DNA of 58,746 bases from a virus (IMGVR_UViG_3300050029_000207:1-58746); one strand, 5' to 3'. Positions 37,195 to 47,257 are shown, counted from the first letter of the stretch. Translations and numbers: made by a program. The notes: generated by a model not told the origin, from the sequence alone.

Positions 37195-37644
37195 TTATTT
37201 CAGAATTTCCTGCTCCTGCCAGATTCCATTTTCCTTCCAAACCAGAATGAACTTAACCTGCGGCCACTGGAAGGCGGCGGACTTCAGGTTCTCGAATCCG
37301 CCACGGAAGGCGAATGGGCCTTTGACTTCGTAGCAAATAACCTTTGCGGCAACCCACGGCTGGATTACCGAGAAGTCTGGTTTGTACCACAGTCCATTAG
37401 CCAACTTGAAGCGCAGCGCCTGCGGCTTGACGAAGGGGTCGCCGTATTTCTCGCAAAGGATTCTCCAGTATTCCGTTTCCAGCCTGTTCATCAGCGGCTT
37501 GCTGTCCTGGCGGATGCGCTTCTTGGCAGGCCTTGCGGAAGCGACCATTTTAGAAACTGGAAATCTTTCAGAATCACGCTCCGTCTTCGGCTTGGAATAA
37601 CTTCCGTCCGGCTGCACCACCCATCCTGGGGGGATTGCGCTCAT
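37195..37644 (-). CDS. PD-(D/E)XK endonuclease (DUF1064-like, possible resolvase)
   Basis: MNRLETEY...WYKPDF...YEVKG. Confidence 0.75.
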   Translation of the reverse strand: MSAIPPGWVVQPDGSYSKPKTERDSERFPVSKMVASARPAKKRIRQDSKPLMNRLETEYWRILCEKYGDPFVKPQALRFKLANGLWYKPDFSVIQPWVAAKVICYEVKGPFAFRGGFENLKSAAFQWPQVKFILVWKENGIWQEQEILK

Positions 37645-37991
37645 AAAAGATTCGGCTGACTCAACTGGAAGCTCGCCGAACGCCACACGACCGCGAACAC
37701 ACCACTCGAGTTCTTCCGACGCAGCGGCGTCTGAATCACCTTGCCAGCAATCAGCAATTCGCTCAAGCGGCTCTGAACACTGTGGCGAAACCGCTCGTGC
37801 TCGGCGGTGCCGGCAGTCCTTCCCCAAAGCTTGTCAGCAATTTCATGACAGGTCAGGCCGACATATTCGGTTGAAAGAACTCCCGCAACGCGCTCACGAA
37901 TGAAGGCTGCGGACTCCTTGGCGACCTCAGCAGCCTGAAAACTGGTCTCGGGTGCGCTTGGGCGGGAACCGGGGTGGTTTGGGTAGGTCAT
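37641..37991 (-). CDS. winged-HTH protein
   Basis: ETSFQAA...GLTCHEIAD...VQSRLSEL...RRKNSSG.FAVVW. Confidence 0.7.
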   Translation of the reverse strand: MTYPNHPGSRPSAPETSFQAAEVAKESAAFIRERVAGVLSTEYVGLTCHEIADKLWGRTAGTAEHERFRHSVQSRLSELLIAGKVIQTPLRRKNSSGVFAVVWRSASFQLSQPNLL

Positions 37992-38021
37992 AGACTCAAT
38001 AGAAAGTGTCGCCTTTTTAGT

Positions 38022-38216
38022 TCAAGAAGGCAAGTCTTTTCTTCTTAAATTCCCCTCGCTGAAAATGTGCAAAATTCCACGACCGTCCTCGACGACCCGT
38101 CTGATTTTGCCAGACTTCTTTTGGAATGTGCTGACGACTACCCCTTCAAAGGAGTAGTCTCCGCCTGTCTTTTCAACGCTGTCACCAACTGCAAACTGGC
38201 ATTCAATTCCTGGCAT
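38022..38216 (-). CDS. small SH3-like hypothetical protein
   Basis: FAVGDSVEKTGGDYSFEGVVV. Confidence 0.6.
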   Translation of the reverse strand: MPGIECQFAVGDSVEKTGGDYSFEGVVVSTFQKKSGKIRRVVEDGRGILHIFSEGNLRRKDLPS

Positions 38217-41200
38217 ATTTTTTCCTCTTTGGTGGGTTTATGAAGTCGGCCTCTTCTTTGGTCAACTTTTCTTTCTTGGCGATCTTGTCTTGCAACCGGG
38301 TCAGGTTGACGACGTTGTAGACAAACACCATCCGCATCTCTCCTAAAACGGCTCCTCGGACTCCCAGGACATCTGTCGGCCTGATGTCCCATATCATATT
38401 CTTGAATTTGGGATAGAGTTTGTAGCCTATACGAGAGATTATAGTCTCTGTCTCGTCACTTGTGTCAAAGTTTAGAAAATTGTAGTCGTTCTTTGTTAGA
38501 TGCTCCTCTCCCTGTTTGGGAGAGAATACGTCTCCTTTGCTCTGAGCCACCTCGTGCTTGTTCTTGGCGTTAAAGTCGGTGGCGGGATTTGAGCGTCCGA
38601 CGATCACAACGTCTGTCTTGGTCGTAATGTCGTAAAGCTCTGCGATCCTGAAACAGCGGTCTTTGGTTTGGCAAGCAAGCCAATCCCTGGCTACTCGACA
38701 CGATTTGTTCTCTGACATTGACGGGCAGAATTTCACAAGGTCGTCTTCCTTTGGATTTTTGTAGACGTCGCTGTCTCCAAAGATGTCCGGCTGGTCTGAA
38801 AGCGTTGTAAAGTCTCGGAATGCCCCTATCTTTAGAAGCACGTCGGCCTTTGATCTTGGAAGACCGCTGCGACGACAGAAGTCGTCAAATGTTTTGTATG
38901 GCCTGTTGGCAATCAACTTTTCAACGGCCTTGTCGCCAAGTCCGATCACAGCATTGAGACCCAGCCGCAATCCGCCTCCGCTGCTGGTGGCGCTTGCACC
39001 GCTCTTATTTACATCAACGCACAAAGGGAGTCCGAAACTTGTCTTATACTCCCGCAACAGCCGCGCTCTCACAAGCTCGTCGTCCTCGAGGCCTAGCGTT
39101 GCTGCATAAAATTCGTGCGGGTAATAGACCTTGAGCCACATCGTCTGATAGGCGACTACGCTGTAGGCCACCGAATGAGCTTTGTTAAAGGCCATCGAAC
39201 CAAAGGTGCAAATTGCTTTCCACACCCGAGAAGCGTCCTCTGAAGAAATTCCTTGACTATTCGCGCCTTCGACGAATCGCTTTTCCATTGCCCCAAATGC
39301 CTCGTCGCCCCACTTTTTAGACATCATCTTTCGAATAGTTGCAATACCAGACCAATCAAATTTACCCATTTTCCGGACAATTTGCATCACCTGCTCCTGG
39401 TAGATGGTAATGCCATAATTCTCTTTTGTGATCTCGTCAAGCGTTGGATGCAACGGGGTGGCTTCTTGTTTTCCACAGCGACGAGCCACATAATCTCCGA
39501 GGCCACCGCTGTGCAATGGCCCCGGACGCGACAGAGCGTTGACAGCAACTAGCTGCTCAAAATTGTCTGGCTTAACCTGGCGACACACCTGTCGGGTTGA
39601 TCTGCCCTCGAACTGGAAGATCCCCTCCAGCAGCTGGTTGCAAAAACTCTGGTAAACTGTCGGGTCGTCTAGACGGATGCTATTTATATCTATGGTCGTG
39701 CCGTAATTCTCCTTGATCATTTTCGCCGCCCTCTTTATAATAGTCAGCGCCTTTAGTCCGAGCAGATCAATCTTTAGCAGGCCAACTGACGTAGCGTCGT
39801 GATAATCCATCGAGATAACGCGCTCTTTGCTCGGAGTAAGATACATAGCAGCAAAATTGCCAATTGGTTCGTTGCTGATTACAATTCCGGCAGCGTGCAC
39901 TCCTGTTTGGCGAATCTGCCCCTCAAGCTGTTGGGCCATGGCTAGCTCTGGATACTTTTCAAGCCAATTAGCAGCCTGCTCGAAATTTGTAAATGTGTCC
40001 TCGATGGTTGCGCCAAATCGAGAGTCTGCGCTGCTGCGCTGTATTACCAGACGCTTACAATCTTCTACAGCCTCGTTCGGAATCGAAAAAACACGTCCGA
40101 TATCCTGCAAACACAATTTGCCCCTGAATGTTCCAAAGGTCGGCAGTGAGGCGATCCGGTCTTGGCCATATTTGTTGGCAAGATAGGTTTTGACTTCTGC
40201 CCGTCGCTCGGCGTCGAAGTCTATGTCTATGTCCGGTAGGTCTTGGCGGCTAGCATCAATGAATCTCTCAAAGATCAGACCGTGCTTCAGCGGATCAATT
40301 TCAGTAATTCTAAGAAGATAACACATCAACGAACCACACGAGCTACCGCGTGCAGGACCAACTAAAATTCCTGCTTTCTTGGCCCACACAATTAGGTCTG
40401 CTACTATTAAAAAATAGTCTTCAAATTTCTTTGAGGACACAAGGCCAAACTCATACTCAAGTCTGGTGCGATAGACCGAGTCGCTGTCCAGCTTGCGAGC
40501 GCGCAACCCTTCCTCGCACCACCGACGCAACAACCGCTCGCTTCCCTCTTCGGACGGAAACCGCAACGGAGACGTATTAGGAAATTCAAAATCAACCATG
40601 TTGGCGATTTTGCCGGTGTTTAGGATCATGTCGTCTAATCCCGGCAGACGCGCACCATGGATCTTGGCCCATTTTTCCGCCATGTCGTTGCCAGACCAGA
40701 GACAGAAGTCTTGCTGGGAAAACTTCATGCGGTCTGGGTCGTTGAACTTGGCCCGATTCTGGATGCAAAGCATCACGTCCTGTATCTTTGCATTCTCTGG
40801 TCGTGGATAATGGGCGTCCATCGTTAACACCATCGGTACCCCTTCAGACTGGGCCGCTCTATAAACCGCTGTCGCAACCTTCTTGCCGTCGTCGTAGTCC
40901 CAGGGAGACACCTCTGCGTAATAGTCCTTGAACAAACCGGCCTGTTTCTTCATCTCGGCAACAACCTGGCCATCCGACCACCCCTCTCTGGTTATTCCCT
41001 TGCCGATCTTCCCGGACGGACAAGACGACGTTGCAATCAGCCCTTCGCTGAATTGTTGCAGAATTGACCAGTCTGTGCGCGGTTTGTAATATAATCCGTG
41101 CTCCCAGGACAGCGTGACAATTTTCAGGAGATTGCGATAGCCGGTAATATTTTTGGCAAGCAGGGTAATGTGCCATTGACCGCGCTGTGACTTTGAAGTT

Positions 41201-41424
41201 GAGTCGTCAACCACGTAGGCCTCCACTCCAAGCAGCGGTTTGATTCCAGCTTCGTGGCACGAGTCATACCACCGCTTGTGAGCGGAAACATTGCCGTGGT
41301 CTGTGATCGCTAGAGCGGTTTGGCCAAGTTCCTTGGCCCGGTCAACGAATTGTTGCGGATGCCCGAATCCGTCCAGCGCACTGTATTCGCTGTGGACGTG
41401 CAGATGAACGAAAGGGTCGCTCAT
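38203..41424 (-). CDS. dnaE: DNA polymerase III alpha subunit (family C)
   Basis: HLHVHSEYS PHP, AITDHG, GPARGSSCGS, PDIDIDF, HAAGIV, FNKAHSVAY. Confidence 0.97.
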   Translation of the reverse strand: MSDPFVHLHVHSEYSALDGFGHPQQFVDRAKELGQTALAITDHGNVSAHKRWYDSCHEAGIKPLLGVEAYVVDDSTSKSQRGQWHITLLAKNITGYRNLLKIVTLSWEHGLYYKPRTDWSILQQFSEGLIATSSCPSGKIGKGITREGWSDGQVVAEMKKQAGLFKDYYAEVSPWDYDDGKKVATAVYRAAQSEGVPMVLTMDAHYPRPENAKIQDVMLCIQNRAKFNDPDRMKFSQQDFCLWSGNDMAEKWAKIHGARLPGLDDMILNTGKIANMVDFEFPNTSPLRFPSEEGSERLLRRWCEEGLRARKLDSDSVYRTRLEYEFGLVSSKKFEDYFLIVADLIVWAKKAGILVGPARGSSCGSLMCYLLRITEIDPLKHGLIFERFIDASRQDLPDIDIDFDAERRAEVKTYLANKYGQDRIASLPTFGTFRGKLCLQDIGRVFSIPNEAVEDCKRLVIQRSSADSRFGATIEDTFTNFEQAANWLEKYPELAMAQQLEGQIRQTGVHAAGIVISNEPIGNFAAMYLTPSKERVISMDYHDATSVGLLKIDLLGLKALTIIKRAAKMIKENYGTTIDINSIRLDDPTVYQSFCNQLLEGIFQFEGRSTRQVCRQVKPDNFEQLVAVNALSRPGPLHSGGLGDYVARRCGKQEATPLHPTLDEITKENYGITIYQEQVMQIVRKMGKFDWSGIATIRKMMSKKWGDEAFGAMEKRFVEGANSQGISSEDASRVWKAICTFGSMAFNKAHSVAYSVVAYQTMWLKVYYPHEFYAATLGLEDDELVRARLLREYKTSFGLPLCVDVNKSGASATSSGGGLRLGLNAVIGLGDKAVEKLIANRPYKTFDDFCRRSGLPRSKADVLLKIGAFRDFTTLSDQPDIFGDSDVYKNPKEDDLVKFCPSMSENKSCRVARDWLACQTKDRCFRIAELYDITTKTDVVIVGRSNPATDFNAKNKHEVAQSKGDVFSPKQGEEHLTKNDYNFLNFDTSDETETIISRIGYKLYPKFKNMIWDIRPTDVLGVRGAVLGEMRMVFVYNVVNLTRLQDKIAKKEKLTKEEADFINPPKRKKYARN

Positions 41425-41426
41425 GA

Positions 41427-41612
41427 TTACTGGACGATGATTTGGTTCGTGGTCTGTCCACAAGACTTGCAGGTCTCGTGACCATGAAACTGGTCACGCG
41501 GGACTGTTGTGTGAGAACCACAAACTAGACACTCAATCAGGACGTTAATCTCGGGATCCGATTGGTCAAGTTGAGTTTTGTCCTCGACGACCGGCGGACA
41601 GGCAGTGTTCAT
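41427..41612 (-). CDS. zinc-ribbon protein
   Basis: CLVCG...CKSCG. Confidence 0.55.
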   Translation of the reverse strand: MNTACPPVVEDKTQLDQSDPEINVLIECLVCGSHTTVPRDQFHGHETCKSCGQTTNQIIVQ

Positions 41613-41968
41613 ATATTCTCCTCTGTAAGTTCTTCCAGCATGGCGCAATAAACAGCGGCGTCGTGCACCGAGTCTTGGTGTCCGCCCTCTTCGAAGTTGT
41701 AAGCATAACGCATCAGCTTGCCGACCGCCATCTGCAAAAGGATTAGACGATTTGCGTCGCGCTCGTTTTTGACGACTGGCATTTTGCGACCAGGAAATAT
41801 TGACAAAAATGCATTTCCGCTGTGTTTGTAATTGTCCTTGTAAAGTGAGTTTCGCTGCTTGAAGGTCTTGGCGGCTTCATCCAGTATCTCGAATGCCGTC
41901 TTCCGCACCGAGCTATTTTCGAGGTGTTGCAAAGCCTCGAGACCTTTTGCGTTAATTTTTTTTCTCAT
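41609..41968 (-). CDS. Nmad1/DUF6378-like all-helical nucleotide pyrophosphatase-fold protein
   Basis: TFKQRNSLY.DN...KLMRY...DSVHDAAVYCAML. Confidence 0.65.
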   Translation of the reverse strand: MRKKINAKGLEALQHLENSSVRKTAFEILDEAAKTFKQRNSLYKDNYKHSGNAFLSIFPGRKMPVVKNERDANRLILLQMAVGKLMRYAYNFEEGGHQDSVHDAAVYCAMLEELTEENI

Positions 41969-42792
41969 GTTTCCATTCCTAATGAGCGGATAAGCTCGAA
42001 ATAAGTTTGCTTGGTTTTCTCGTAGTCAGGATGACGCTGTTTGGTAAAGGCCTCCGCCGCCGGTTTGTCTTTGGCGAAACGCTTGAGGTAAATAGGACAG
42101 ACCGGATTTGGGTCTTCCGAAGTAAGGCGCGTTACAACATTGCCCTCTATCGGACAGCGTCCCTTGCCGTGACATGGAAGATTCGCCAAAGACGTCATGA
42201 CCCTTTGCGAAAGATGCTTCGAAAGCTCCTGCATCATTCCGTGCACCACCGGGAGCCAGTAGCTGCCCTGAGCAATAAAACACACCCGATTTGAAATAAG
42301 CTGCTTCAGCGCCCGCAAATTGATGCAACAAGTTCCGCGCACATTTATATGCAACGGCAAAAGTCCGCGTGCGTCTTCGGACGGAACTCCCAGTTTCATA
42401 AGGTCGTTGTAACCGTCTTGAATTTGACGCATGGTGGCGTTGTATCGTGCTAGGGCCTCGGGCTGTTTCGCAACTGCGTCCGGAATCCAGTATTCCTGCT
42501 CGTCTGCAAAATCTCTTAGGTCTAGGATCCTCACGGACTGTTCCCAAAAAGCAGCATGTCGGCAGCGATCGAACTGATCCCAGAACGCTCTCGGCATTCC
42601 TTCCACGCACCAAACCGTGTTGACATACTCGCTTACAGGAAGATCAGCGGACAGAATCGCGGCTAGATCGGCTTTAGACGCGTCTATTTCTTCCAGGGGC
42701 AACTTTCCCTTGGCAACCTCCCAAACGCGTCCCATAACGCCTTGCAGGTCGTTTGTTATGCTTAATAGTGTTACTTTCGGATTGTTTTTCAT
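41965..42792 (-). CDS. thyX: divergent flavin-dependent thymidylate synthase (ThyX family)
   Basis: RCR-X7-S variant of RHRX7S; GVPSEDARGLLP; NLRAL...RVC. Confidence 0.8.
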   Translation of the reverse strand: MKNNPKVTLLSITNDLQGVMGRVWEVAKGKLPLEEIDASKADLAAILSADLPVSEYVNTVWCVEGMPRAFWDQFDRCRHAAFWEQSVRILDLRDFADEQEYWIPDAVAKQPEALARYNATMRQIQDGYNDLMKLGVPSEDARGLLPLHINVRGTCCINLRALKQLISNRVCFIAQGSYWLPVVHGMMQELSKHLSQRVMTSLANLPCHGKGRCPIEGNVVTRLTSEDPNPVCPIYLKRFAKDKPAAEAFTKQRHPDYEKTKQTYFELIRSLGMET

Positions 42793-43382
42793 AACAAAGC
42801 GGTTATTTGGGCTAAATCGCTAACCCGAACGCAGCCTTTTAGGAGGCTGATGTCCTCTCCTTTTTTGTAAATATCAACCCAGTAAGTTGCGACTCCCAAC
42901 TGGTCGTAGTCGGACACATGCTTTAGCTCGTCGTCAATTGCGAAGAGAGCCTTGTCGGCAAGACGCATTTTGAATACGATTTCGGCCTTCGACTTCGACC
43001 AGAGCAACAGGTCGTAGGACAACCGATTGTTCCGCAGCCATTCCACCGTGTCTCGGTAGATATTCGAGTATATATCAATTGGCCGTGAAGTTAACAACAC
43101 AATCTCTTTGCCGTCTGCTCGCAGCCTGTTTAATAAATCCGCTGCACCCGCACAGACCGGAATCGCCTGCTTGCCACCAGACATCCGGAACATCTCGAGG
43201 GTCTCGAGCCACTTTCGGTAGGTTATACCCATAGTGTGCTGATCGATCCAGGTGTCGGTGCGGAGCACGTGTTGGTTCGCCGCCTGCGACAATTCCGGGC
43301 ACGACTGCCGAATCCAAAACAGCAACCCTAGTCGGTAGTCCGCCAACACACCGTCTATATCAATTATTACCACATTCCTCAT
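42789..43382 (-). CDS. HAD-family 5'-nucleotidase
   Basis: IDIDGVLAD, LLTSRP, TVEWL, AIDD. Confidence 0.8.
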   Translation of the reverse strand: MRNVVIIDIDGVLADYRLGLLFWIRQSCPELSQAANQHVLRTDTWIDQHTMGITYRKWLETLEMFRMSGGKQAIPVCAGAADLLNRLRADGKEIVLLTSRPIDIYSNIYRDTVEWLRNNRLSYDLLLWSKSKAEIVFKMRLADKALFAIDDELKHVSDYDQLGVATYWVDIYKKGEDISLLKGCVRVSDLAQITALL

Positions 43383-43867
43383 ATCGGTTCTCCTTGCCAT
43401 AAATTGTGGCGCCACGTGCCGTCTCCGTAATTTGGAGAATTGCAATACGCAACAAACCCTTGCAATGCTTCTAATAGTTGCGCAGGACTCTTGCAGAATC
43501 CTCGAGATTCCTGCGACAACATGACGTTGAGGCCTAGTTCTGGAGCTGAGTTGTAACAAAGAATCGGGATTTTAAGTGCGGAGGCATAACCGCACTCGAA
43601 TATAGTCCCGACGTCATGATTCTGAGTCGAGCCGACCACGAGGTCGGAGCGTGACAATTCCCAAATGTCAAGCTCCCAGGCCCTCTTCATCTCTCGACGC
43701 CAATTTGGATCGACTTTCCCCTTCAGAACTACCCCATTATAAAATGGAGCGAACGAGGTCAGTTTCCCGTCCTCTTCAAGACGGCACAAAACGGCACGAA
43801 TCTCCTCCATCTGTTTTAGCTGCGCAGGATCGAACCAACCCGCAGCTAAATAAATTCGAGGCTTCAT
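43379..43867 (-). CDS. nucleoside 2-deoxyribosyltransferase/N-glycosidase family
   Basis: IYLAAGWF...D...DVGTIFECGYA...NVML. Confidence 0.85.
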   Translation of the reverse strand: MKPRIYLAAGWFDPAQLKQMEEIRAVLCRLEEDGKLTSFAPFYNGVVLKGKVDPNWRREMKRAWELDIWELSRSDLVVGSTQNHDVGTIFECGYASALKIPILCYNSAPELGLNVMLSQESRGFCKSPAQLLEALQGFVAYCNSPNYGDGTWRHNLWQGEPI

Positions 43868-44835
43868 TCGGTCAGCTTGGTGATGTGTTCCGGAAGAAGA
43901 ACCGCTCCGCCGCCGTGTTTCTTTCCGAAGGCCATCGTTCCTTTTATTTTTGACATCGACAATTTAATTCCGTGTCCTTCCAAGATGGCCATCAGCTTCT
44001 CTGGTGTCGTTGACAATCCTCCTGCTGCTACCAACAGGCTATTGACCGAGAATCCGAACACAGCAGGCTTGTTGGTCTTTGTCTTCGTAGTTTTCTTTTC
44101 GGGCTGTGTATCCCTCGCCTTCTTGGCCGCGTAGCGCTCGGCGTCCCTGGCGGCTTTCGCAGCCTTCTTCTGTTCCGGTGTCAGCCTGACGGAAGCTGAC
44201 TTGTCGTGCGGCTTGACGGTTTCAGCAGCCAGTCCACCGCGATTTTTGTTCTTTGGAACCTTTGCGAATTTCTGCGTTGTTTTTGTAGCCATAACTTTCA
44301 TTTTCTCCTCTTGGGTGATTGGTTTGGTTAACTCCTCGCGCTTATCACCGGAAGCGTAAAGAATTGTATCGAACGAGGTTCCGTGCAGGGAAACTTCCTC
44401 GTGCGAAAATGGGTTGGTGGTCAATTCGACTTTGCCGTCGAGCCGCAGTAGGCGGGCAAAACCGTCATTCACCGCGACCACAGCATATTGAAATTCTTCG
44501 AACCGGACGACCTCCCCGACGGATGCCGTCCGGAACATAAAATCATCAGCGGAAGCCATTTCATTTTCCGTGATCTCGCCAGAATAGGCAGGACCCTCGT
44601 CGCCGATTGCGCTCAGGAACTCGAGTAGGTCTCCCGGCCAGTTTCCGGGCTGGGTTATAGCCGCCATCGTTCCTAGCTTGTTTCCGAAGAAATCGTTCTG
44701 CTCGCGCTTGATGACGGTCTTTTTCAGAGGTTCTTTAGCAGAACGCGTTGCGATGCGTGCGTGAGTTTCGTTGACGGCGGTGACTATTTGTTGATAGCCG
44801 CCGCAACGTGTTGTTTGGCCCAATTGTAATTTCAT
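43864..44835 (-). CDS. hypothetical protein with Lys-rich C-terminal half
   Basis: 323-aa ORF tiling with neighbours. Confidence 0.6.
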   Translation of the reverse strand: MKLQLGQTTRCGGYQQIVTAVNETHARIATRSAKEPLKKTVIKREQNDFFGNKLGTMAAITQPGNWPGDLLEFLSAIGDEGPAYSGEITENEMASADDFMFRTASVGEVVRFEEFQYAVVAVNDGFARLLRLDGKVELTTNPFSHEEVSLHGTSFDTILYASGDKREELTKPITQEEKMKVMATKTTQKFAKVPKNKNRGGLAAETVKPHDKSASVRLTPEQKKAAKAARDAERYAAKKARDTQPEKKTTKTKTNKPAVFGFSVNSLLVAAGGLSTTPEKLMAILEGHGIKLSMSKIKGTMAFGKKHGGGAVLLPEHITKLTE

Positions 44836-44838
44836 AGT

Positions 44839-45483
44839 TTAGTTTGTAAATGGGTTCGGGATGATTTCACGAATTTTATCCGCCTGCCATTTCCGCTCAG
44901 ATTTTCGGGCGTAGGCGTAGGCGGCGTCGGCGTAGGCGGCGTCGGCGGCGTAGGCGGCGGCGGCGGCGTAGGCGGCGGCGGCGGCGGCGTAGGCGGCGTA
45001 GGCGGCGTCGGCGGCGTCGGCGGCGTAGGCGTCGGCGTCGGCGGCGGCGTAGGCGTCGGCGTCGGCGGCGGCGTAGGCGGCGGCGGCGGCGGCGGCGGCG
45101 TAGGCGGCGTAGGCGGCGTCGGCGGCGTAGGCGTCGGCGTCGGCGGCGGCGTAGGCGGCGGCGGCGGCGGTTCTGCAAGCTGAACGATTTTCTTCCGTCG
45201 GATCACTCGCCCATTTCCGAGCCGACCTGATTGCCTTCCGTGGTCTCTTGTTGTTTGGATTTTTCTTCTCGTAAATCGCCAGAACGTGTTCGGCGCATTC
45301 GCAGGCCAATAAGACTGTTTGTGGCTTGGTGATGGCGCTTGTTTTGCGAAGGAGCCAGATCAGCCAGTCTCCACATTCGCAGGTCGCGTAGATTTTGGCG
45401 AAGTCGAAGTCGCAGGAAGCGGCGAACGCAAGACCGTCTCGGCAGGGATAAAGGTCGAGGAGTTGCTGTTTTGTGAATTTCAT
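44839..45483 (-). CDS. Ala-rich repeat phage protein (Imm5-like domain)
   Basis: GDWLIWL...ACECAEHVL.IYE...DKRPR-like motif, A/Y/D repeat, ERKWQADKIR. Confidence 0.7.
   Translation of the reverse strand: MKFTKQQLLDLYPCRDGLAFAASCDFDFAKIYATCECGDWLIWLLRKTSAITKPQTVLLACECAEHVLAIYEKKNPNNKRPRKAIRSARKWASDPTEENRSACRTAAAAAYAAADADAYAADAAYAAYAAAAAAAAYAAADADAYAAADADAYAADAADAAYAAYAAAAAAYAAAAAYAADAAYADAAYAYARKSERKWQADKIREIIPNPFTN
44908..45170. repeat. coding low-complexity repeat (GGC/GTA/GTC triplets)
   Basis: encodes (A)nY/D tract. Confidence 0.9.
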
Positions 45484-45532
45484 AGCGGTAAATTTGTTTG
45501 GCGGTTAGTTACCTCCCGCCTGCCGTAACTGA

Positions 45533-45871
45533 TTAGGAAACCGGCAAATCCTTTCCTTCACGCACGGTGGCGAGGTTGGCGAGGGCTTCGGACAGTTTTC
45601 CGAACGTCCTGCTGCGACGATTGAGATCATCAATGTTCCAACTTCCGTGTGGACGTTTTCCGTAAAGTTGGTAAGCTTGATTTAGCCAAGCAGAATCCAC
45701 TGCCGCTTCCGCCACCGCCACCAGAGCGGCGTGTTCGGAAATCAGAGATTCAATTTCTGCGAAGTCGTCAATTACAATTGACTGCGGCTTGACCGCGCTG
45801 TTCTTGTAGAGGTTGGCTAAACTTGTCATGCGGCGCATAAGCTCGCCGCTCGGATTTAACTTTGTGCTCAT
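45533..45871 (-). CDS. hypothetical protein
   Basis: first gene after promoter 45925-45953; A-rich leader. Confidence 0.6.
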   Translation of the reverse strand: MSTKLNPSGELMRRMTSLANLYKNSAVKPQSIVIDDFAEIESLISEHAALVAVAEAAVDSAWLNQAYQLYGKRPHGSWNIDDLNRRSRTFGKLSEALANLATVREGKDLPVS

Positions 45872-45924
45872 AATCAGTTTTTCTTTCAGCGTCCGGTTTC
45901 GGCTCTTCGCCTCCGAACAACCAA

Positions 45925-45953
45925 AGCATCGCTTGAATCGGTCAAGAAGGCAA
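45925..45953 (-). promoter_or_regulatory. sigma70-like promoter TTGCCT-N17-GATGCT
   Basis: part of ~79-bp inverted copy of 52140-52218. Confidence 0.6.
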
Positions 45954-45962
45954 GAACTATTT

Positions 45963-46160
45963 TCATAAATCTTTCACCAACGGCGCAAGTGGTTGATTTG
46001 CAATTGATTTTCGCGGTCTTCCAACCGTCACATTTCGCTTCCCGCAAGCCGGGCAACGACCTGGATTCCGCTTGGCGAAACCGCAATGCCGGCAAATAAA
46101 CCGAGCGGTTGCGCGGTATTTTTCAACCGTCTTCCAGGCCATTGAAGCGGGATTCGTCAT
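45963..46160 (-). CDS. zinc-ribbon protein
   Basis: CRHCG...CPACG. Confidence 0.55.
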   Translation of the reverse strand: MTNPASMAWKTVEKYRATARFICRHCGFAKRNPGRCPACGKRNVTVGRPRKSIANQPLAPLVKDL

Positions 46161-46507
46161 GTTAAATATACACCAACCGGGGCGAGCCATATAATCTCCC
46201 GCGCTTCCTTCGGGCATTGTTTGGCGAAATCATTGCAGGCAATACAGGACGCTCGCCAAGTTTCCACCTTCAAGAAATTCGATCGTCGCCCAGCCCAGTG
46301 GTGGACGCATTCACTTGGGCGACCGCACCTTTGGCAGATTGGATTTAAGAGCAGAAACTCTAGCCGCAAGATTCTGTATTCGACACTTTCGGCTTTCCTT
46401 TTCACGCTCATGCCATGATGGCGCCTTTTCTTTGGAACTGGCGGTTGATACTGTTCCGGGAATGCGGTTCGCCATAAAGCGGGTTTGGTTTTGCGGACGT
46501 AGGCCAT
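46157..46507 (-). CDS. HNH-like protein
   Basis: PICQRCG...CVHH..GR...CIACN. Confidence 0.65.
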   Translation of the reverse strand: MAYVRKTKPALWRTAFPEQYQPPVPKKRRHHGMSVKRKAESVEYRILRLEFLLLNPICQRCGRPSECVHHWAGRRSNFLKVETWRASCIACNDFAKQCPKEAREIIWLAPVGVYLT

Positions 46508-46899
46508 TAGATTCCTTCATCAACTTTCTTTCCGCCGTTCTGCTCCCAGATGTGCAGCCGCAACAACATGTCGAGGCAGAATGTCCGAGCAACATCAATG
46601 TGACCGCATCTGATAGGCTTGATCAGCCTGCGCTCCTTGGTCATGTTATCAAGCTTCTTCTTGACTGAGAACGCCCACCATTCGCACGAGCACATCCCTG
46701 CTCCGTCATAAGATCCGATGTCAACCAGGTGCCATCTAAGCTCTATCTTCCCACGACCACAATCTGGGCATTTCATCCCCTCAGCCATAAAGGAATGTTC
46801 GATGATCAGAAACCTTGCATCACATTCACTGCAGCCGTAACGCTGAGACTGAACGTGAAAGCGAGTCGGTTCTCCGGGGATTACCTTTACGGATAGCAT
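46507..46899 (-). CDS. SWIM-type zinc-finger protein
   Basis: CSEC..CPDC; CSCEWW...CGHI. Confidence 0.65.
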   Translation of the reverse strand: MLSVKVIPGEPTRFHVQSQRYGCSECDARFLIIEHSFMAEGMKCPDCGRGKIELRWHLVDIGSYDGAGMCSCEWWAFSVKKKLDNMTKERRLIKPIRCGHIDVARTFCLDMLLRLHIWEQNGGKKVDEGI

Positions 46900-46900
46900 A

Positions 46901-47257
46901 TCAGTTTTTAAGCGCCTTAGCCACGCGCTCTGTCATCCACGGCCTGATTTCGCCACCACGCTTGGTTTTGATGGCCAGATATTCATTCATGGTTTTCGCG
47001 TCTGACTCAAACACCGCTTCCGTCAGTTCGCTCACGGCTATCATTTCGTCCGCATTCAGGTTCAGGTTTATTTCAATTATCATCGCGTGACATTCAGGAC
47101 ACACCTTGTCACTGAATCCGGAGCCATCGAATACGCCGTGATGACGCTTGTATGTCTCGCCGACTTTGATTACGCCAAGACACGCGATGCAGTGATGCTC
47201 CTTGCGCGCCCTGCAATCTTCCACTTGATAGACCTCAGCTATTTCACACATACGCAC
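46901..47257 (-). CDS. zinc-binding phage protein
   Basis: RARKEHHCIAC.GVIKVGETY...CPEC. Confidence 0.65.
   Translation of the reverse strand: MRMCEIAEVYQVEDCRARKEHHCIACLGVIKVGETYKRHHGVFDGSGFSDKVCPECHAMIIEINLNLNADEMIAVSELTEAVFESDAKTMNEYLAIKTKRGGEIRPWMTERVAKALKN

Noticed and set aside
38203-41424. Intein or intron in dnaE
   Set aside because: Motifs are colinear at normal length; no splice-junction or homing-endonuclease motifs seen
41609-43867. 2-aminoadenine (PurZ) or 7-deazaguanine pathway
   Set aside because: No PurA/PurZ, QueC/D/E, FolE or DpdA-like ORF recognised
44832-45206. Pro-rich and Arg-rich ORFs
   Set aside because: Alternative frames of the Ala-rich repeat in 44839..45483
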